A stretch of 58,230 bases of DNA, filler included, from Sphacelaria rigidula (taxonomy: Eukaryota), in assembly GCA_964200075.2 (NCBI GenBank). It is 10 parts of 10 records of this genome, joined end to end, with 100 filler letters (N's around TTAATTAATTAA, not from the genome) between each part and the next. Parts side by side here need not be neighbours in the genome. Positions count along the whole stretch, not along the records: positions 46,666 to 52,398 come from CAXNAA020024876.1; positions 52,499 to 58,230 come from CAXNAA020024877.1; 8 more parts are not named here. One strand, 5' to 3'. The notes under the pieces were generated by a model. The model saw only the letters and a program-made list of their open reading frames with translations, was not told the origin of the DNA and searched no databases. The position numbers were made by a program, and so were the translations under genes. Of this stretch, positions 50,491 to 58,230 are shown piece after piece (the stretch's first letter is position 1; every line of letters begins with the position of its first letter).

Positions 50491-50658
50491 CTGAGCAATG
50501 ACAGCAGGGTCCTGCCCCGCGGTCGACGTTCGGATGATTCCCGGAAGATCTACCACGGTCAAATCCGGCACATCGGGAGAGGAGAGGCGGACATTGATCG
50601 TCTCCGTGGAAAAGTTGTTGCTCGCCTTCGTCAGCTTGTCCGTCAGTTTCTCCAGCAG
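50491..50658 (-). CDS. Dynamin-superfamily (Mx-like) GTPase, exon containing G3
   Basis: GGCAG|...CAG|GTACAC, 56 codons: ...INVRLSSPDVPDLTVVDLPGIIRT... (DLPG = G3). Confidence 0.9.
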
Positions 50659-51324
50659 CTGCCACGTGTCGAGTCCGTAATCATGCGTGTATGTCGTATC
50701 GCCGGGGGGGAGGGGGGGGGGGGAAGGTGTGTTTGTCATGACTAAGTTTTCGATCCAAGATAGGGAGGAGGTGTACGAGGGAAAGGAGCGTTGCAGGCCC
50801 ACAAACGAGGGAAGGGGGAGCGAAGAAAAAAACTAATTAAATACTAAGTGCACTGACCGGATGGGGTAAAATGAGGAAAAGCTAGAAACAACAATATCGA
50901 TACTACGGGGTTGTCGTCCGTAAGCAACGATGCAGTAAAACCGAGAGCGCCACCCCTCGACAGCAGGTACAGGATCCATACACATAGGGATGGCTTTGTG
51001 TGAATTGAATTGTTTGCCCGAAGCGCGACTACGGCCGAGCGTTCAAGGCTGACACCCGGCGAACCCTGAGGGCCCGTTTGAAATCAGGCGAAGAACTAAA
51101 ACACGGGAGAAGACCTGTTTCACTGTACAGCAGCACTAACACAGTCACGTCCTCTCTCATATGCTATAACCATCACTGTTCTATAGTGTGTTAATAAGAC
51201 CTTGCCGAGACAGCTTGGTTTCCGGTGAGATTATCGGAGCTGCTGTACTGTCATGTTCGTCTCTATGTACAATAGAGTGTCGGTCCGGACGCAGTGCTGT
51301 CTACACACTGACTGTTGATGACAT

Positions 51325-51692
51325 CAAGGGGGTGTTGAGTAGGGTAAATACTCGGAGATTTACCCTCCCGAATATTGCGTTGAGATGGTCTGATGTCCAA
51401 CCTCTACCGAAATATTGGGTACAGTTCGGTACGATCGCAGTACTCTACCCAATATCTGGGTATTAGAGAGTTTCGGAAAATAAAAACAGGCCGGAAAAAC
51501 TCAGGGATACTTATCGTTTGATTGAATTTTAGTAAGAAGACGCAAATTATCCCTGAGTATTTGGCTCAAATCTTCGTTCTCCGAAACCCTCTATTGAACA
51601 CGATTTCAATACTCTACACAATTTTTGGGTATTTAGAGTACGATCTTTTAAAATACCCAAGTGTAGGAAATACTCTAGCCAAAACACCCTTG
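51325..51692. mobile_element. Diverged CAAGGG-ended MITE
   Basis: Left CAAGGGGGTGTTGAGTAGGGTAAATAC; right (revcomp) CAAGGGTGTTTTGGCTAGAGTATTTCC; no clean TSD. Confidence 0.55.
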
Positions 51693-52765
51693 GAAAACTC
51701 CATGGTGTATTTATTCACTGTTTCGTCTTCCGTAAGACGAACAAGGCGCTGCCCAGACCCATCATTTGCGCGATGCAGAACATGGCTGTGTAAAGACACA
51801 CAACTAACGCCGGTAGACACTGCTCGACCGACTGGGCGAGACCCCGTGCTTCCATGAAAAGAGCGATTCACAGCATAGTGCGGATATACTGCACCGCCAG
51901 AGTACTGATTGCACCGGCGGCATAACGGCCGCCGCCGCTGGCGTCGGCGCCAGGGCTCGCGGCCACGGAAAGACACAACCAGTAATACTGAGATGGGGAT
52001 ATACCGATACACGAGCATCACAATGACCCCCTGCGGCGGCAATGTACCTCTCACTGCCTGCTTGTCTGCTGCTTGCTGCTTCGTTTCTCTGTTGCTCTTC
52101 TATCCGTCGTGGCGCGATTGTTCATTCATGTGCTGTAGTACGTACACTTCAGATGTGACTCGAGTATGCGAGCTAATCACAAGCACTCTTCACTACATGA
52201 CCCACTACAAAGGTCGCGTTTCATTCGTCCTAGATTCTGCCGATTTCTTCTTGAAGGGCCGCTGATTGGTTGAATTTCACATTTTACTACAAAAATCTAC
52301 CCCCATGTATGGGCGTAGTGTCTTTCCCCCCCCCCCCCCCCAGACGCGCCGCCCCCTGCAGCCCCGCCGCGGGCGACCGCGGGCCGCACGCGACCCGANN
52401 NNNNNNNNNNNNNNNNNNNNNNNNNNNNNNNNNNNNNNNNNNTTAATTAATTAANNNNNNNNNNNNNNNNNNNNNNNNNNNNNNNNNNNNNNNNNNNNCC
52501 CCCCCCCAGCCCCCCCACGACCCCCCCGCCCGCCCGGGGCGGGGGGGGGCGCCGGCCCCCCCGCCCCCCCCTTTTTTTTTTTTTCGCTTCGACTGTGATC
52601 TCGAAGCGTTGGAGGATGTTGGTTTAGAAAAGCACGGCGAGCTGGGCCGCTTGTTGTGGTGTCTCGAGGGCATTGAAAAGTCGTCCGACAACCCAAGTCG
52701 AGGGTCCAGTGATGCGTTGTATGGGGAGACGGGTGTCGTAGCCACCCCGGGAGAATGTAATGCCT

Positions 52766-53451
52766 TCAGCGCCTGTTCCTTTGCCCGATCCCTGTGCTGC
52801 AATGCAGCCTCCTGCTGTTCACCCATGCGCTACTCACATCCGGGTGGTTGATCCTGTTCCTCTTCCGTCTTGACGCCGATACGTGGGCATGCGGGGGTGT
52901 GCCTCTACCGGACCCAGGCGGGGCGCGTCTTTTATTTGTCTTGGAAGATGGAGTAGAAATTCCCACCTCACACGGTATCCTGGCGGCAGTTTCTCGGCCT
53001 TCGCGAGTTGTGGTGCCCACTTCGTGGAGGAGTGTCGTCGCCGCAGTGGATGCCGATAGATCCCATGTGTTCACCTCCGGCGCGCAGGTACTAGAGACTG
53101 TGTACGTCGGGCCTTCCCTCGGCGATAGCCTCTCTTCTTCTTTACTCTGCGAGCGCCGTCGGTCGTCGCCGCCACCCACCGCCTCCTTGGTTTGTATGAC
53201 TGCACCATCGACGACCGCGACTGGCACCCCAGAGGCACAGAACAGTGCAACCGCCCGGTGTTTTCCATACGATTGGGGACTGGGCTCCTCTCCTACTGTG
53301 TCTTTGACGCCAACGTGGCCGCCAGCAATTGCCCTCATATTTGACATCAGCACTGCAGGTTCCACGCCTGCCGGCGGAGAACTGTTGTCAACCACATTTG
53401 TGGCATGTGCCGGGTGGGACGGCAGCCGGACATACCCGAGGGTTTCACCAC
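52766..53451 (-). CDS. Probable exon of an unknown low-complexity protein
   Basis: GAGCAG| acceptor and ~228 open codons; phase-compatible with a candidate exon at 53824-53716 (GGCAG|...G|GTGAGG). Confidence 0.45.
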
Positions 53452-55195
53452 CTGCTCGCATGACATGCAACAAGGCGTATGTGTGCAAGAAATTATGTTT
53501 GTGCTATGTTTAACGTTTCGAGAGTCGGAGTCGGGGGTTCTTGTGCACATACGAAGTATATATATATATATATATATATTCCCCACGCATGGTCACGTCC
53601 TCTGTTTGGTTCGAAAGCCACAATCATCACCTGAAAAAAAGCAGTGTGGAGCGTGCGATCCTAACCTCTGATAGCTCGCAGGGTTACCACAATAGCGAAT
53701 TGAAGATGCCCTCACCTCGGGATCGGTTCTGGTGTCGTATATGACGCTCGAACTGCCCCGGGCGGCGTCTCAGCAGGCGCCCGGACGTTGCATCCCATGA
53801 GTTAGCCCTGAGGATTCTCCACATCTGCCGCGAGGGTATGTGCAGCGGGGGTGGTCGGGTGGGGAGTTGAACACCAACACTTCTGATCGACCGTGTCATC
53901 TACCCTGCCGTTCTCATATTCTCGTCTCCTGTGGCGACGGAGGTACATGTTTGCTGTCGTATGTAGCGGTCGCGGCGCCCTATCGTGATACTGAAGTACG
54001 ATTTAAATTGAGAAGCCGAAATCCATGTCTACATGAACGCCGGAAATCTCGATCCACGCCAGACGTTATTTATTTGATTCCGGGTGTCAGATCACTAACT
54101 TGAACTCCTTCTCCTGCTCGGGACAGACACTAAGTGCGAGTTGTACATTGGCTTGTGTACAACGCGAGCCGTCGAATTATTACGACCCCGCTGTTTGCAG
54201 GAAGTGGTGTAGAAAAGTCTCAATCACATTGCTGCAATGCACACTTGTACTATATATATGGCGTTTTCTTCGAAACAGGCAATTCCCCCTCACATCACAC
54301 CCCTGAAAAAATCAGGGAAAATGACGGTTGCGATCAGCGCCGGAAGTTCACAGAGTCGGTCAAATGCGCTGGAGAAATACCAACGCGATCAGCGGGCATT
54401 AGGCCGGCAAAAACGTAACGAGGCACCATCGCTGAAAGTGTGGGGAAAACATTGTTTTGGGCTTGACCCTCAATCCATCGTACAGCCTCATTTTATAGCA
54501 TTGCCTGTTTCTTGCTGTGAACGCCGTCCAGGTCAAAGCTATTACTACAGTACATACTTCGCCGGCAGCACAACGCGGTGTACTGCACTGAACTTCACTG
54601 TACTGTATTGTACTGTACCACACTATACTGTACTGTGCTGCGCTGCGCTGGGTGTGCTCTATCGTGCTGCTACGTGCTGTTTGTGCGGTACACGGCAGTT
54701 CAGATGGTCCATATACTGGTGCGGGAAAAGGTTAAAAAAAATTCGAACTTTACTCATGTCGCTTCCTTTACGGCATCAAGAGATTTCAACGCAACCTTTT
54801 TCTATGGAAATATTGACCTCTCTACATGGTGAAAACACCCTCCTAGTCTCTACCGGTGGCGTCATGCGAGCGCCGAGCTCTGCCATGACACCGGAGGTGA
54901 GGTTCGACGGGGGGGGGGGGGGGGGGTCACCTCAGGCTGCACGGATTCTGCAGATACTCCGAGCAGACATCAGCATTATCAGTGCAACTTGCGAGAGGAC
55001 CTGCTTGTCAGTATATCAACACACCTCGACCGTCTTCGAGCCCACTCCTTCCACTTGGGCGATACTTTCAGGTCCGCAGCTGCAGGCACAAGGTGTGCGG
55101 AAGCTCGGGGCGAAATTAGGATATTTGCCATCATCCACCGTTTCTCGCGGAGGCGTCTATTTCGCTTAAAAAAGAAAAATCCCCGGCGAAACACT

Positions 55196-56158
55196 GGGCA
55201 GGTCGAGTAGAGTATACTCAATATTCAGTATTTTCGAATGGTGGTACTATTAGTACTCAAATTTTGAGTAGAGTATTTGAGGCCGTACTTAACCTACTCA
55301 AAATTTGACTAGAGTATTTGAGACCGTACTCGACCTCCTCAAGAATTGAGTAGAGTATGAAGATCATCCCCAAGTGATACTCAATATTCGAGTAGAGTAT
55401 TGGAGGTGTTCCTCGATTTACTCAAAATTTGAGTAGAGCATTTGAGGCCGAACTCGACCTACTCCAAATTTGAGTAGAGTATTTGAGGCCGTACTCGACC
55501 TACTCCAAATTTGAGAGTGTTTGAGGTCATATTCAATCTTCCAAAACTTGAGTAGAGTGTTCGAGGTCATACTCAATCTACCCAAAAATTGAGCAGAGTA
55601 TATGAGGCCGGACCCGATGTACCACCGCTGACTCTCCCATGGAGAAGTCACATGTGCGGCCAGTAGAGTCGCTCATTTTGATACTGTAATACCTACGCGA
55701 CTACCCGTCTACTAGATTACTCAATGATGATGAGTAGCGCTCTCTACTGAAAGTGATATCGACAGGGTTGAGAGGTATCAAGTATGTACTGCCATGGGTG
55801 GGGGCAGGTGAGCTGGGGCACGTAGGTTCATTCACCTGCACGATGTTTTTGTTTTTCGATGATCATTCGCTCATACTCATTGTAGCCCGTGACGTACCGC
55901 CCATCATCTAATTAATGGTCATCGTTCGCCCGTGTATTCAACATGGTCTGTGACGCGACGTGACAAGGTCGCCGACGGTCACGGTTGCTCATCATACCCA
56001 AGTGATACTCTATACTCGAGTATTACTGAAAATACTCACTCAATATTTGAGTAGAGTATTCAAGGCCGTACTCGACCTACTTCAAATTTGAGTAGAGTGA
56101 ACACTTAATCATTTAACTCTAGTACTCAGTAGTACATATTCTACTCGACCCACCCTTG
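55196..56158. mobile_element. ~960-bp CAAGGG-family element containing a 41-bp tandem array
   Basis: Left GGGCAGGTCGAGTAGAGTATACTCA (terminal CAA missing); right TTCTACTCGACCCACCCTTG; about 9 tandem 41-bp units at 55259-55610. Confidence 0.88.
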
Positions 56159-57485
56159 GACGGATTTAACACGGGATTTCTGTGTTGGTATACACACGTG
56201 CGCTACTCAAGCCCCATGTACCGCAGAGAGGTCAAGAAGGTTGAATCGTTTTTTTTTTATGTCGAGGCCCGGTCTGGGCTTCATTTCCCTCCGCCAGCTG
56301 GCTACAGCCCAGAACAGTACAGTATATTGATGATATTTTCACAAGTACCATGTATATTAAAAGCCGGTCACTCCGGTGGCTCACTTGGTAACCTCGAAAC
56401 CTTCTGACCGTTGGGTCGTGGATGCAAATCTCGGAGCAATCTGGATTTTTTTCTCATACGATGCCCAACAGTGGAGACGGACTATGTCTTGGGTACGCAA
56501 AAGTCGATTTAACGGTCGACGAGGGAAAGGGACTGCTGTCCCCCTCTGGCCATGAAAAAGGAAGGGAAGCACCGCAGAAGGAAAGTAGAGTACTAAAAGA
56601 AACAAAAAATTAAAAACGCCTGTGTTGACCGTCCTCCTGTGTGACCCCAGCTGCTGCGCCCACATGTACCGAAAGATGTAGAACGGTGTCCGGAATAGAT
56701 GGGACGACAACACATCATGTCACCATGTCACCATGTAGCAAGCTTACGGTACACCTTCGACAGGGGGCGGTGCTCTAGCACACGGGGTCGCACACGCAAG
56801 AGATATACATGTTCACGTTAGCGGTCATGCTCGGTGTGTATAGTGCTTGGTCGTCTTCGCCATTGCATCTCTAAATAATTTCTGGCGTGGCACTGACTGT
56901 ATCTTTACCGCAAGATGCGCCAACCCTGGCCGGGCGGTGGGCATCACGTGAGTACTGTCTGTACTACATCGATCGACTCTAGCCATCAAGAACAAAAGCA
57001 CGACGGACGACAATAGGGAGCCTGCAGCATTGATGCTGATATAGTCCTGCTCGGGGTTGTGCCGTCCGGGAGCATGACACAACGCATAATGACGACGATA
57101 GCACCGTCCTATCTCATGCCCGCCCCGTATCCAAAGGCGTGGAGGGTACAGAAGGAGGAGCAAATTGAGCACAAATGGAGACTGCAACGCCAACCCCGGC
57201 CACCGCAACCACACCGCAGGCACAACGACGCTCATAGCGAACGTTTGGTACACCAACCCGTATACAGAGAGACAAAGCACTCCTTCTGAGGCCGTCGTTG
57301 TCCTGGATATCATCTCTCCGCAGCACGATCCTGTAATGCGGCTGCGGACGGCTGACGGTCGGTGAACACAAGTGTGACGGAGTCTAAACTAAAATCAAAT
57401 TCGCGTTATGAAATGCGTAATGAAACGTAAAGGGACTGATGATAATATTAATTAAATTCGGCCCGTACCCATGGACCCACCGCCC
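56159..57485 (+). repeat. Second copy of the 35000-37135 interspersed repeat
   Basis: Colinear with 36022-37130 except for a divergent block at ~56340-56735. Confidence 0.85.
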
Positions 57486-58230
57486 ACCCTGTCGTGCACC
57501 GCTGCAATGCGCAACCCCAGATTCAGCAACATGGGCCTGTTGACCGTGTTTCACATTACATTCAGCCGAAGTTTCAGCGCTTTGCAGCGCCGACAGCGCG
57601 CGTACGGCCGTGCCTCCCGAACTGAGCACGTTATCCAGTGGCTGTCCCAGTGCAGATTGATGTTTGTTTGCCAGCGTAGCAGCGGCCCAGCTACTCATGA
57701 TGTGGAAGTTGGTGAACCAGCGCGTCGAAATATGCCTTCATTGGCGGTGTGCACAGTCTGGGCTGCGGGAAAGCCGTGTTGAAGGCGTATCGATGGTATC
57801 GCCCCAAAATCGTTATTCGCTTCGATAATTTGTAGCACGGCCTGGACGTGTCACCGATTGGTGCACATGCACCATATGTTGTGCCGACTAGTGCACCAAG
57901 GTCGCGGCTGCTACTCGAGTCGCGATGGAGAAATACATCTGTCAAGTTTTTTTTTTCAAGGGTGCAATGGTTTTTGTATGCGAGCCAAATGCGGGCAACA
58001 TATTGAGTGCGAGCTTTCTCATATATTTTTTATTTTGGCGCAAGACTAGAATAGGACTACGTTTTCAAGGTAAAGCGAGGCACCCATATCTCTCGCCTGA
58101 CTTCGTCTTCGACCGGGGTACGTCTTGCTCTACAAATGAGAAGAGATGAAATTCTTAGGCTGCTTCTTAGGCCGCTTCTTATAATAGACAAAAATAAAAA
58201 CCCGGAAAAATGATTTTTGGGAGCTTTTAC

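Noticed and set aside
54237..55169. 310-aa ORF
   Set aside because: Runs through (CTGTA)n-like and poly-G simple repeats and into a dispersed repeat; no recognisable domain.
55259..55610. CRISPR array
   Set aside because: Units are head-to-tail with no unique spacers, lie inside TIRs, have no cas genes nearby, and the context is eukaryotic.
48756..56158. Defence island linking the Mx-like gene, repeat arrays and reverse transcriptases
   Set aside because: These lie on different contigs joined artificially, and the RTs are ordinary decayed LINEs.

Overview
Eukaryotic, intron-rich and repeat-rich DNA, most consistent with a brown alga or other stramenopile (inferred from RTE-type LINEs, short exons in long introns and a GH5 glucanase). 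The window is not a contiguous locus. It is ten unrelated ~5.73-kb contigs (5734, 8 x 5733, 5732 bp) joined by an artificial 100-bp linker (44 N + TTAATTAATTAA + 44 N) every 5833 bp, so gene neighbourhood across linkers is meaningless. Most ORFs in the track are spurious. Supportable spliced gene fragments: a family-16/METTL21-like SAM methyltransferase (minus, 10425-8013), a protein with a 'YxxHNPxK...KYxG' module, a membrane-anchored GH5 glucanase C-terminus, an Mx-like dynamin GTPase (minus, 50658-48756), an acidic 280-aa ORF and one unknown low-complexity gene. The rest is mobile DNA: two decayed APE+RT LINEs and several LINE 3' ends, probable decayed copia and gypsy remnants, and several non-autonomous families. 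These include CAAGGG-ended MITEs with an 8-bp TSD that carry 41-bp palindromic tandem arrays, ACAG-ended foldback elements with 6-bp TSDs (one 1.96 kb with ~735-bp arms), and a short family with one fixed end abutting C-tracts. No CRISPR array, rRNA or tRNA is supported.
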